A DNA stretch of 64,000 nt, from assembly GCA_003507445.1 (NCBI GenBank), contig DNVR01000019.1:76395-140394 (forward strand), in the 5' to 3' direction. Shown one piece after another: positions 28,430 through 38,064 of the stretch. The position numbers and the translations under genes were made by a program. Origin of the DNA: Candidatus Moraniibacteriota bacterium. Lineage in GTDB: Bacteria; Patescibacteriota; Minisyncoccia; Moranbacterales; GWC2-37-73. Numbering within the stretch: position 1 is the stretch's first letter; each line of letters starts with the position of its first letter. The notes under the pieces are model-generated. The model made no database searches. It saw nothing but the letters and a program-made list of their open reading frames with translations, and was not told where the DNA came from.

Positions 28430-30154
28430 ATGAAAAATGAAATTCAAAAATTAATAGAAAGTGCCTTAAATGAGGCAAAAAGGGCTAATGATTGGGTTGA
28501 TTTTGAGATGCCTGAAATTCTCGTTGAATATCCAAAAAGTGAACAATTTGGGGATTATACAACAAATGTTGCTATGATTTTAGCAAAAAAAGTTGGGAAA
28601 AATCCGATGGAAATAGCTGAGATTATTAACTTACAACTTACAACTTACAACTTACAACAATTTGAAAAAATAGAGGTGGCTCAGCCGGGATATATTAACT
28701 TTTATCTTTCCAAAAAGTATTTGCAAGAAATCGTTGAAAAAATAAATACTGAAAAAGAAAAATTTGGAAATTCTGATAAAAAAAATGAGAAAGTATTGGT
28801 AGAATTTTCACAACCAAATACTCATAAAGAATTTCATATCGGCCATTTAAGGAATGTGTTTATTGGAGATGCGCTTGTTAAAACGATAAAGAAATCCGGC
28901 AGCGAGGTAGTTGCTGCAAATTATATCGGGGACACCGGGACACATATTGCAAAGTGTTTATGGGGAATTGTTAAATTTCATAATGGGGAAGATTTGGATA
29001 AGATATCAAACAAGGCTGAATTTCTAGGAAAGGTTTACAGTGAAGCTGCACAGGCTATTGAGAATAATCCTGAATTCGAAGAAGAATTTAAAAATGTCCA
29101 AAAAGAATTTGAAAATGGTGATCAGGAATTGGTTCAATTGTGGAGCAAGACAAAAAAATGGTCGTTGGATGAATTTCAAAAGATTTATGAAAAACTCGGA
29201 GTATCTTTTGACGTTTACTTTTGGGAAAGCGAGGAAGAACTGAAAGGCAAGGAAATGCTAAAAGAATTGATGGGGGTATCCTGTATTAAGGAAAGTCAGG
29301 GAGCTATCGTGGCAGATCTTGAAAAATATGACTTAGGAGTTCTAGTGCTGGTCAGAAAGGACGGTAGCGCCTTGTATGGATTGAAAGATATACCTCTGGC
29401 TGTGAAAAAATTCAAAGAATTTTCCATAGATCGTAGCATAGTGGTTGTTGATTTGCGTCAGAGTCTATATTTCAAACAGATATTCAAAATTCTTGAATGC
29501 ATGGGATTTCACAAAGATATGAAACACGTGGGCTACGAGTTTGTATCCCTGAAGGGAAGTGAGACGATGTCGTCCAGGAAAGGAAACATCATACCAGCAA
29601 CATATTTGATTGATGAAACCGTAAAGCGTGTAAAGGAAAAATTTCCCAATACCGATGTTGCTGAAGAAATTGGCATAGGTGCGTTGAAATTTTATATGCT
29701 GAAATATTCCTCACAGTCAAAAATAGAATACGATATTGAAGAGTCTGTAAGATTAGATGGCGCAACCGGACCGTATGTACAATATGCGCATGCGCGTATT
29801 TGCAATATCTTGGAAAAGGCAAAGGGAATAAAAGGATTAATGGGAGAAAAGGGAAAAATGGGCAATGTGGATTTGCAATTATTAATCCATGAGAAGGAAG
29901 TAAGTTTGATAAAAGAGCTTAATAAATTTCCGGAATTGGTTGCTGTGGTTGCTGAGGATTATGAAGTTCACAAGTTTGCCCATTATGCCATCAAATTGGC
30001 TGACAAATTTCACAGTTTTTATGATGCTTGTAAGGTGATTGATGAGGGCAATGAAGAACTGACAATCGCTAGACTTTCTCTGATAAATGCTGTTAGAATA
30101 GTATTAGCAGAAACCCTGGATTTGATAGGGGTGGATGCACCTGAAAAAATGTAG
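28430..30154 (+). CDS. argS: Arginine--tRNA ligase with an in-frame (ACAACTT)n insertion
   Basis: HIGH-like region (FSQPNTHKEFHIGHLRNVFIGD), with KMSSRKG in the KMSKS position. The insertion NLQLTTYNLQQ is encoded by aacttacaacttacaacttacaacttacaa at 28626-28660. Start uncertain (28394 or 28430). Confidence 0.88.
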   Translation: MKNEIQKLIESALNEAKRANDWVDFEMPEILVEYPKSEQFGDYTTNVAMILAKKVGKNPMEIAEIINLQLTTYNLQQFEKIEVAQPGYINFYLSKKYLQEIVEKINTEKEKFGNSDKKNEKVLVEFSQPNTHKEFHIGHLRNVFIGDALVKTIKKSGSEVVAANYIGDTGTHIAKCLWGIVKFHNGEDLDKISNKAEFLGKVYSEAAQAIENNPEFEEEFKNVQKEFENGDQELVQLWSKTKKWSLDEFQKIYEKLGVSFDVYFWESEEELKGKEMLKELMGVSCIKESQGAIVADLEKYDLGVLVLVRKDGSALYGLKDIPLAVKKFKEFSIDRSIVVVDLRQSLYFKQIFKILECMGFHKDMKHVGYEFVSLKGSETMSSRKGNIIPATYLIDETVKRVKEKFPNTDVAEEIGIGALKFYMLKYSSQSKIEYDIEESVRLDGATGPYVQYAHARICNILEKAKGIKGLMGEKGKMGNVDLQLLIHEKEVSLIKELNKFPELVAVVAEDYEVHKFAHYAIKLADKFHSFYDACKVIDEGNEELTIARLSLINAVRIVLAETLDLIGVDAPEKM

Positions 30155-30156
30155 AA

Positions 30157-30245
30157 ATAACTAATAACAAACAACTAACTACTAACAACAAGGGCTTAAC
30201 AAAGCATTTCTGTTATAAGTTGTAAGTAGTAAGTTGTCAGTTAAT
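30157..30245. repeat. Long imperfect hairpin built from ACAACTA / TAGTTGT repeat units (argS-glycosyltransferase spacer)
   Basis: caactaactactaacaac at 30167-30184 is inverted as gttgtaagtagtaagttg at 30225-30242. Confidence 0.55.
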
Positions 30246-30248
30246 TAT

Positions 30249-31412
30249 ATGAAAATTGGAATTGACGCTCGCTCGATTTTGAACCCCGAAAAAGGAGATG
30301 CAATTGGTGTTGGTCATTATACTTATCAATTGATTCGTCATCTGCTTAAAATAGACAAAGAAAATGAGTATGTTATTTTCTTTGATTTTCGTGTGCGCGA
30401 AAAAGATGTCAAAAAATTTGCTGGGCCGAATGTGAAAATAAAATTTTATCCCTATTCTGATTATAAAAAATATCTTCCGGGGGCTTATAGTGAAATTTTA
30501 GGAACAGCAACACTGCAAAAAGAAAAACTTGATGTGCTTCATTCCACTTCCGCTCTTAATCGTATTCCTATGGGATATAATGGAAAGACAGTGGTAACTT
30601 TTCATGATATGTCGATGTATAGTATTCCTCAATATTTGTCAGCTGTTAAAAGAACTCGCAACAAAACCATAGCTCGTTTGATGGGTCGCAAAGTAGACAA
30701 GATAATAGCTGTTTCATCTTCAATAAAAAATGATGTTGAAAAATTCATTGGTGTGCCAACAGAAAAAACACAGGTTGTTTATAGCGGTTTGGATCAACGT
30801 TTTTTTGAAGAATCAGAAATATCAGTAGCAAAAGTTTTGGGCAAATATGATATTACAAAAAAATACATTTTATTTTTGGGAACACTTGAACCATCCAAGA
30901 ATATAACACGCTTGCTGGAAGCTTTTGCAAAATTTAAAACACAGCAGAAACAGAAAAATTCTGGCAAGTTTGAATATCAATTAGTGCTAGCTGGAAAACG
31001 TGGTTGGCTTTCTCAAGAATATTTGCAAATCATTAAAGATTTAAGTTTAACAAAAGACGTTGTTTTCACTGGATATGTAATTGGGGATGAATTGGTACCA
31101 CTTTTTCGCAGTGCAGAATTCTTTGTGATGCCGTCATTGTATGAAGGATTTGGAATGACGGTGCTTGAGGCGTTTGCAACCAAAACACCTGCGATTTTGG
31201 CTAATGTTTCTTCTCTTCCTGAAATTGCCGGCGAAGCTGCATATTTTATAAATCCTCTTGATACTGCTGAGTTAGCTGAGGCTATTGGAAAATTTGCAAC
31301 AGATGAAAATTTGCGAGCAAGCTATATTGCAAAAGGACTGGAACAGGCCAAGAAATTTGATTGGGACAAAACTGCTCGCGAAACATTGGAGATTTACAAA
31401 AGTTTAAAATAG
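30249..31412 (+). CDS. Glycosyltransferase family 1 (GT4-like)
   Basis: MKIGIDARSI... and a C-terminal EGFGMTVLEAFA motif (E-x7-E region). Confidence 0.75.
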   Translation: MKIGIDARSILNPEKGDAIGVGHYTYQLIRHLLKIDKENEYVIFFDFRVREKDVKKFAGPNVKIKFYPYSDYKKYLPGAYSEILGTATLQKEKLDVLHSTSALNRIPMGYNGKTVVTFHDMSMYSIPQYLSAVKRTRNKTIARLMGRKVDKIIAVSSSIKNDVEKFIGVPTEKTQVVYSGLDQRFFEESEISVAKVLGKYDITKKYILFLGTLEPSKNITRLLEAFAKFKTQQKQKNSGKFEYQLVLAGKRGWLSQEYLQIIKDLSLTKDVVFTGYVIGDELVPLFRSAEFFVMPSLYEGFGMTVLEAFATKTPAILANVSSLPEIAGEAAYFINPLDTAELAEAIGKFATDENLRASYIAKGLEQAKKFDWDKTARETLEIYKSLK

Positions 31413-31439
31413 GCATATCATAGAAATATAAAAGCAATG

Positions 31440-31690
31440 GGGAGGTTATCACCTCGTCGCCCTGGTGAAATATTTACTTTGTAAATTTCACAGGGCAAGC
31501 TGCGAAAAGAAATCCTTTGGGAAAGTAGAATTCGTCGGGTAAGCCCGTTATAGCTGTAAAGAGAGCTTATTAGGCAGTAGCTTCTTAGCTTTTTAGGAAA
31601 TGCATTTTTCTAAGAAGCTAAGAAGCTAAAAAGCTAAGAAGCTAAATTAAGGTGGTACCACGTTGGAAGACGTCCTTATGCATTTATTTG
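31440..31690 (+). promoter_or_regulatory. T-box riboswitch leader (probably Ile-specific) upstream of ileS
   Basis: T-box sequence aaattaaGGTGGTACCACGttgg, a terminator-like hairpin plus U-run directly before ileS, and an AUC in the gaggttATCacctc hairpin. Contains an (AAGCTAAG)4 tandem/inverted repeat. Confidence 0.6.
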
Positions 31691-31724
31691 CATGGGGATT
31701 TTTATTATTTATTTTAAAAAATAT

Positions 31725-34676
31725 ATGGCATTCAAAAAAGTTGATCCGAAACAATCATTTCCAGAGATGGAAAAAGAAATTTTGAAATTTTGGGCTCAGG
31801 AGAAAATATTTGAAAAATCTTTGGAAATCCGAAAAGATTCACAGGAATATACTTTTTATGATGGGCCGCCTTTTGCAACAGGCACGCCACACTATGGTCA
31901 TTTGGTTGGATCCACAATGAAAGATGTGGTGCCGCGTTATTGGACGATGCGTGGATTTCACGTGGAAAGAAAATGGGGATGGGATTGTCATGGGCTGCCG
32001 ATTGAAAATATCGTGGAAAAAGAATTAGGTTCAAAAGCTAAAAGTGAAATTGAAAAATTGGGCGTGGAAAAATTTAACGAACTTTGTCGTAGTAAAGTTC
32101 TGGAATATGTTGACGTCTGGAAAGTTGTCATCAATCGTTTGGGACGCTGGGCTGATATGGAAAATGCTTACAAGACGATGGATTTGCCGTATATGGAATC
32201 TGTCTGGTGGGTCTTTAAGGAGCTTTGGAATAAGGGTCTTATTTATGAAGGTTATCGTTCGATGCACGTTTGTCCTCGCTGCGAGACTACACTTTCTCAG
32301 CAAGAGGTTAGTGAAGGATATATTGATGTGAAAGATTTATCAGTTATTGCGAAATTCGAACTTATTGACCCCGTAAAATCCTCGCAAGACTCGGATCACG
32401 GGGCAGGTGAACCGAAGACTTTCATTTTGGCCTGGACAACAACTCCTTGGACTTTGATTGGTAATGTGGCGCTAGCTGTTAATCCAGAAATGGAATATGT
32501 CTATGTGGAAACAATAAACTCGGAAAAAGATGGAACATTTTCGGAAGAAGTTTTTATTGTGGCTAAAGATAGAGTGGGTGATTTATTTAAAGATAAAAAA
32601 ATTGAAATCGTGCGTGAAGTTTTAGGTTCACAATTGGTTGGCAAAAAATATAAACCAGTTTTTGATTATTACGCTACGTTTGATATTGAAAATTTTGAGA
32701 ATGGTTGGAAAGTTGTGGGCGCAGATTTTGTGGGAGCTGAAGACGGAACAGGCGTTGTGCATATTGCTCCGGCCTTCGGAGAGGACGATTTAAATTTGGG
32801 CAAAGAAAAGAATTTGCCGTTTGTGCAGCACGTTGGAATGGATGGAATCATAAAAAGCCAAGCTGGCGAATTTGCTGGACTGCATATAAAACCAACTGAT
32901 GATCGCACTGCAACTGACGTGGAAATTATAAAATATCTGGCTAAAAGCGGAACTCTTTTTGCCAAAGAAAAATATGAGCATAGTTATCCTCATTGTTGGA
33001 GATGTGACACTCCACTAATGAATTATGCAACCAGCTCTTGGTTTGTGAAAGTTGCTGATATAAAATCAGATGCAATTGATTTGGCCAAAGAAATTCGTTG
33101 GTCTCCTGAACATATTAAGGAGGGACGTTTTGGAAAGTGGCTGGAAGGTGCACGCGATTGGTCAATTTCACGTCAGCGTTTTTGGGCTTCTGTTATACCA
33201 ATTTGGAAATGTGAGTGCGGAGAAATGAAGGTGTTTGGATCCGTGATGGAGCTCGAGGCTGCTAGTGGAGAAAAAATAACAGACCTGCATAAACACATTG
33301 TCGATAAAATTGTGCTTAAATGTGATTCTTGCGGCAAGGATATGCATCGAGTGCCAGATGTCTTGGACACTTGGTTCGATTCTGGTTCAATGCCATATGC
33401 GCAACAACATTATCCTTTTGAAAATGCTGAGCAATTTGAAAAGAATTTTCCAGCTGAATTCATTGCGGAAGGTGTGGATCAAACACGCGCTTGGTTTTAT
33501 TATTTGCATATTATTGCAAGTGCAATTAAAAAAGCTCCTGCTTATAAAAATGTAATTGTGAACGGAACAGTTTTGGCAGAGGATGGAAAGAAAATGAGTA
33601 AGCGTCTTTCGAATTATCCTGATCCAATGGAAATGTTTGAAAAATATGGTGCAGATTCAGTTAGATTTTATTTGATGAGCTCACCAGTGGTGGCTGCACA
33701 AAATTTGAATTTTTCAGAAAAAGATGTGGCAGAAATTGTGCGTGGAATGATGCGAATGTTTTGGAATTCGTATTCCTTTTTTGTGCTGTATGCAAATATT
33801 GATAAATGGGAACATAAAGACCAATTCACACATTCAACTGCAACGAATTTATTGGATCGTTGGATTCTTTCTGAGCTTAACACTTTGGTAATTTCAGTGC
33901 ATAGCGGAATGGAAAACTATGAATTGCATCGAGCTGCTCGAGCATTTCCAAAATTTATTGATGATATGTCCAACTGGTATGTTCGAAGATCGCGCAAGCG
34001 TTTTTGGAAAAGTGAAAATGATGGCGACAAAAGCCAGGCATATGCAACACTTCATCACGTGCTTGTGACACTGACTAAAATGATGGCACCGTTTTCACCT
34101 TTTATCGCTGAAGAAATTTATAAAAATCTTACTGGCAAGGAGTCTGTGCATTTGGCTGATTTGCCGACAGGGGATTATCATCACGTCGATGAGCTTTTGA
34201 ATGATCAAATGCACAAAGTTCGTGAGATTGTGACTCAAGGTTTGCAACTTCGCTCTCAAGCTAAAATCAAAGTTCGTCAACCGCTGGCTAAATTTTCAAT
34301 TTTCGATTTTCAATTTCCGAATGAATTGGTTGAGATAATCAAGGATGAATTGAATGTGAGAGAAATTATTATGGATCGGGAAGATAAAAATGAAATGATT
34401 TTGGATACAGAAATCACAGAAGATCTTGCGCAAGAAGGTGTGGCACGTGAGATTGTGCGGCACATTCAAGAGATGCGTAAAGAAGCAGGCTATGATGTTG
34501 ACAATCGCATTAAAGTGTGCTATAATGGAAAATCAGAGGAATTTGAGAAGTTTAATGCTCTGATTGCCAAAGAAACCCTTGCTGACGCCATTACTGAAGG
34601 TGTTTGCCAAGACGCTGATTTGACCAAGGAACTTAAATTAGACGAAAAAGTGCTAGTAATTTCTATTAAAAGATGA
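31725..34676 (+). CDS. ileS: Isoleucine--tRNA ligase
   Basis: PPFATGTPHYGHL (HIGH), KMSKRL (KMSKS), and a CP1 editing domain. A possible in-frame repeat-derived segment KFSIFDFQFPNE lies at 34290-34319. Confidence 0.93.
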   Translation: MAFKKVDPKQSFPEMEKEILKFWAQEKIFEKSLEIRKDSQEYTFYDGPPFATGTPHYGHLVGSTMKDVVPRYWTMRGFHVERKWGWDCHGLPIENIVEKELGSKAKSEIEKLGVEKFNELCRSKVLEYVDVWKVVINRLGRWADMENAYKTMDLPYMESVWWVFKELWNKGLIYEGYRSMHVCPRCETTLSQQEVSEGYIDVKDLSVIAKFELIDPVKSSQDSDHGAGEPKTFILAWTTTPWTLIGNVALAVNPEMEYVYVETINSEKDGTFSEEVFIVAKDRVGDLFKDKKIEIVREVLGSQLVGKKYKPVFDYYATFDIENFENGWKVVGADFVGAEDGTGVVHIAPAFGEDDLNLGKEKNLPFVQHVGMDGIIKSQAGEFAGLHIKPTDDRTATDVEIIKYLAKSGTLFAKEKYEHSYPHCWRCDTPLMNYATSSWFVKVADIKSDAIDLAKEIRWSPEHIKEGRFGKWLEGARDWSISRQRFWASVIPIWKCECGEMKVFGSVMELEAASGEKITDLHKHIVDKIVLKCDSCGKDMHRVPDVLDTWFDSGSMPYAQQHYPFENAEQFEKNFPAEFIAEGVDQTRAWFYYLHIIASAIKKAPAYKNVIVNGTVLAEDGKKMSKRLSNYPDPMEMFEKYGADSVRFYLMSSPVVAAQNLNFSEKDVAEIVRGMMRMFWNSYSFFVLYANIDKWEHKDQFTHSTATNLLDRWILSELNTLVISVHSGMENYELHRAARAFPKFIDDMSNWYVRRSRKRFWKSENDGDKSQAYATLHHVLVTLTKMMAPFSPFIAEEIYKNLTGKESVHLADLPTGDYHHVDELLNDQMHKVREIVTQGLQLRSQAKIKVRQPLAKFSIFDFQFPNELVEIIKDELNVREIIMDREDKNEMILDTEITEDLAQEGVAREIVRHIQEMRKEAGYDVDNRIKVCYNGKSEEFEKFNALIAKETLADAITEGVCQDADLTKELKLDEKVLVISIKR

Positions 34677-34709
34677 TATAATTTTTCTATAGAGTTAGTT
34701 CTTTTTATA

Positions 34710-35015
34710 GTGGTTTTGTTAATGGTGACTGTTTTTTTTCAAACCAATCCTGAGGAAATCAGGAGAAAGGAGATTGTCGTGGAGAGCGCACCGTACACAC
34801 CATATTATGATGCAGGGGATGAGCCGATAAATATTTTCCTCAACGCTGAGGGTAAAGAAGAAATTCAGCCCGAAAACGTTGAGAGATCATATGCTCTAAG
34901 TCAAGAATTCGAAAATCCAACCCCTTGGTTTGAAGGAAAAGAAAGACGAGGTATAGCTATTGTGCTTTTTTTAGTAGTTGTATTTTTAATTGTCTTTTTT
35001 TCTTTTCGAGTTTAA
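34710..35015 (+). CDS. Small hypothetical protein with a C-terminal TM anchor
   Basis: 101 aa ending in the hydrophobic stretch IAIVLFLVVVFLIVFFSF. Confidence 0.4.
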   Translation: MVLLMVTVFFQTNPEEIRRKEIVVESAPYTPYYDAGDEPINIFLNAEGKEEIQPENVERSYALSQEFENPTPWFEGKERRGIAIVLFLVVVFLIVFFSFRV

Positions 35016-35020
35016 ATTTA

Positions 35021-35058
35021 GGTCACACAGGCAATTGCTTGTGTGACCTTTTATTTTC
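35021..35058 (+). terminator. Rho-independent terminator
   Basis: ggtcacacaggcaattgcttgtgtgacc followed by ttttatttt. Confidence 0.7.
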
Positions 35059-35082
35059 TTTAAAACTCCGTATAATTCATAT

Positions 35083-35802
35083 ATGGAATACAAATATACC
35101 GGGATTATCTTGAATAAGAGGAATGTGGGAGAAACGGATAGGATTTATACAATCTATACTCTTGAAGGTGGAAAAGTTCGTTCGCTTGCCAAGGGTGTGC
35201 GCAAATCGCATGCTAAATTGGCGGCTTCACTTGAAAACATTACTTTGGCTGACATTACGATTGTTAGAACTCGTGGACTTGGAAAAATTACCGGTTCGAT
35301 TGTTGAAAATAATTTCAGTTCACTTAAGCGAGATTGCGATGCACTTTTGGAAACTTTTGCCGGACTGAGTATTTTTGAGAAGCTGGTTGATTTTGAAAGT
35401 CCTGACAAAAAAGTTTTCTTATTGCTTAAGGAATATTTGGAAGCAGTTAATGAATGTTCATTAAATGAAAACATAGAAAAACATATCATAATAAGATTGG
35501 GGTTTATTGTAAAACTTTTGGATGCGCTGGGGTATACTATTGAAGTGGACAACTGTGTTTCTTGCGGAAAAAAATTAGCGCAAGATTTTCTTTGTTTCAG
35601 TTCTCAGCAAGGTGGCGCAATATGTCAGCATTGCGCCAGTGGCAATGACAGTTGTGTTTTGTCTGTGCGTACAAACACCATAAAAATGCTCAGATTATTT
35701 TTGAAAAACAAAATTCAATCTTTAACCAAAATTAAAGCTACGCAAGATGATTGTGACGGTGTGCGTTTGGTTGTCGATGATTTTTTAAGATGGACACTTT
35801 AG
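35083..35802 (+). CDS. recO: DNA repair protein RecO
   Basis: N-terminal OB fold (TGIILNKRNVGETDRIYTIYTLEGGKVRSLAKGVRK) and a C-terminal Zn finger (CVSCGKK...CQHC). Confidence 0.8.
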   Translation: MEYKYTGIILNKRNVGETDRIYTIYTLEGGKVRSLAKGVRKSHAKLAASLENITLADITIVRTRGLGKITGSIVENNFSSLKRDCDALLETFAGLSIFEKLVDFESPDKKVFLLLKEYLEAVNECSLNENIEKHIIIRLGFIVKLLDALGYTIEVDNCVSCGKKLAQDFLCFSSQQGGAICQHCASGNDSCVLSVRTNTIKMLRLFLKNKIQSLTKIKATQDDCDGVRLVVDDFLRWTL

Positions 35803-35874
35803 GATTGCAAAGTATTTTTTTGAATAAATAATAGCTATATGTAAATATTGAATTTTGTAATGTTTATTAAGTTA

Positions 35875-36000
35875 TCAAATTTCCAATTTCAAATTTCCAA
35901 TTTCCAATAAAATCATAATGACTAAATTTTAAATGACCAAACTTGAGTTCATAATTGAAAATTTAATGAGAATTGAGAACTGAAAATTGAAAATTATGGA
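35875..36000. repeat. Hairpin-forming (AATTTCC)n / (GAAAATT)n repeat module
   Basis: aaatttccaatttcaaatttccaatttccaat ... ttgaaaatttaatgagaattgagaactgaaaattgaaaatt. Confidence 0.55.
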
Positions 36001-36073
36001 CACTATCATTTCAGCAATGTTCCATTTTGTGGTACAATAGTATTAAATATAAAACTAATATAGAAACAAAAGT

Positions 36074-37984
36074 ATGCCGCTTAATGATCTTAATAGGGAG
36101 TTGTATAATCCAAATTCCGAGGATTTGGTTAATAGAAATCATGAACAAAGTGGTTATGACCCAAGTGCGAGCGTTGGTCAGCGCTTGAGTCCTTTTGAGC
36201 AGGAGCAGCAATGGAGCCAGCCGCAAAAGGGTCTTTCTCCTTCGCAAAAAAAGAAACTCTGGATAGGGGCGTCTATTTTTGCATTGATTTTACTTATAAT
36301 CGGAGGCATCTTTTTTTATCGATGGTGGACCAAAAATGCTTTTCATCAAGATCGCGTGAGTATTTCTTTTGAAGGTCCGACGGAAACTGACAGCACTCAA
36401 ATAACAAAATATATCATTCACTACACCAACAATAATCGCGCTACACTTAAGAACGCTGAAATTCAGCTTAGTTATCCTGAAAATTTTCAACCCACTGATA
36501 ATCTCAATTTGAAATATGTGAGTCCTTCTGCTAGCAAGATATTTATTGGCGACATCAAACCAAATGTTAGTGGGCAAGTTGAATTGAAGGGAATTTTTTA
36601 TGCACCCAAGGATTTTCCGGTGTATTTGCGCGGCGAGATTCATTTTGTTCCTTCAAATGGAACTGCTGAACTTTCAATGAGCAATCAAATAGGTGTGAAT
36701 ATTACTGCGGCACCAGTGTTTCTGGGTGTTGCTGCACCTCAGCAGGCAGTCGATGGAGATGGTTTGGAATATGTTATCGATTATAAAAATCTTGATGTTA
36801 GAAGAATCGGCGATGTGCAAATTCGTGTTACATTCCCACAAGGTTTTGAAATGGGCAGTTCTCAGCCAGCATCATCTGAAAAAAATTCTTATTGGTATAT
36901 TGGAAATTTGGAACCAAATCAAGGAGGAAAGATAACTATTCAAGGAAAAATCAAAGGAAACACCAACGAGGCAAAAGGTATCATTGTTTCACTTGGGCAT
37001 ATGGGTAATGAGAATGAGTTCATTGTTTATAATAAACAGGAATTAACAACTCGTATTGTTTCCCCGGTTTTGTCTTTGGTGCAAACATTGGATGGAAAAA
37101 GTGGCAATGTTGTTGTGGCAGGGGAACTTCTTAAATATGTAGTAACATATCAAAACACTGGCGACATTGGCTTGAGAGATGCAATTGTGACTGCAGAAAT
37201 AAAGGGAAGTGCGCTGGATTTTTCCAAAATAAATATAGAGAAAGGATCGTATGATAGTGCAAAAAATCTTATAATCTGGAAAGCTTCGGACGTGCCTGAA
37301 TTGGCAAACATTAATCCAAAAGCCAAGGGATCTGTGTATTTCACAATACCAGTAAAAGCGGTTATCCCAGTTGAAAATAAATTGGATAAAAACTTTGTCA
37401 TTTCTTCGCTTGCGAAAATTGATAGTCCTGACATTCCAACACCTATAGACTCAAATAAAATCATCGGAAGCAATAAGCTTGAATTGAAAGTTGCTTCAAA
37501 AGTAATTTTTGAAACTAATGGCTATTATTCTGATGCTAAAATAAAAAACTCCGGACCAATTCCGCTTGAAACCGGAAAAGAAACAACTTTCACAATTCAT
37601 TGGCAAATCATCAATGTTTCTAATGATATTTCTGATGCTAAAGTTGTTTCTGCTTTGCCATCTGGTGTGCGCTGGGTGGAGCAAGTTTTTCCTCCGAATG
37701 AAAAAATTTCGTATAATGCTAGAACCAATCAGCTTGTTTGGGAGGCTGGAAAAATCTTGGCAGGAACTGGAGTTCTTGGTTTGCCGCGAGAAGTTGCATT
37801 TCAGGTTGGCGTGACACCTCAGACCAGTCAAATTGGCAATGCGCTAGACTTGCTTAAGGAATCTGTTTTCACTGCGAAAGATGACTTTGTCGAACAGGAA
37901 GTAACACTTAAAGGCAATATGAAAAATACAATATTGCCAGAAGACAAAACTGTAGGTTTTATGAATGGGAAAGTGATTAAGTAA
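36074..37984 (+). CDS. Membrane-anchored surface protein with repeated DUF11/CARDB-like beta domains
   Basis: N-terminal cytoplasmic region, TM helix (IGASIFALILLIIGGIFFY), then ~550 aa of repetitive beta-rich sequence. Confidence 0.5.
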   Translation: MPLNDLNRELYNPNSEDLVNRNHEQSGYDPSASVGQRLSPFEQEQQWSQPQKGLSPSQKKKLWIGASIFALILLIIGGIFFYRWWTKNAFHQDRVSISFEGPTETDSTQITKYIIHYTNNNRATLKNAEIQLSYPENFQPTDNLNLKYVSPSASKIFIGDIKPNVSGQVELKGIFYAPKDFPVYLRGEIHFVPSNGTAELSMSNQIGVNITAAPVFLGVAAPQQAVDGDGLEYVIDYKNLDVRRIGDVQIRVTFPQGFEMGSSQPASSEKNSYWYIGNLEPNQGGKITIQGKIKGNTNEAKGIIVSLGHMGNENEFIVYNKQELTTRIVSPVLSLVQTLDGKSGNVVVAGELLKYVVTYQNTGDIGLRDAIVTAEIKGSALDFSKINIEKGSYDSAKNLIIWKASDVPELANINPKAKGSVYFTIPVKAVIPVENKLDKNFVISSLAKIDSPDIPTPIDSNKIIGSNKLELKVASKVIFETNGYYSDAKIKNSGPIPLETGKETTFTIHWQIINVSNDISDAKVVSALPSGVRWVEQVFPPNEKISYNARTNQLVWEAGKILAGTGVLGLPREVAFQVGVTPQTSQIGNALDLLKESVFTAKDDFVEQEVTLKGNMKNTILPEDKTVGFMNGKVIK

Positions 37985-38064
37985 TATACAACATATAAAA
38001 TACAAAATGCAACAAAAAAGAGAAGGTATGTCTTTACATTACTTCTCTTTTTTGATAGAGTGAT

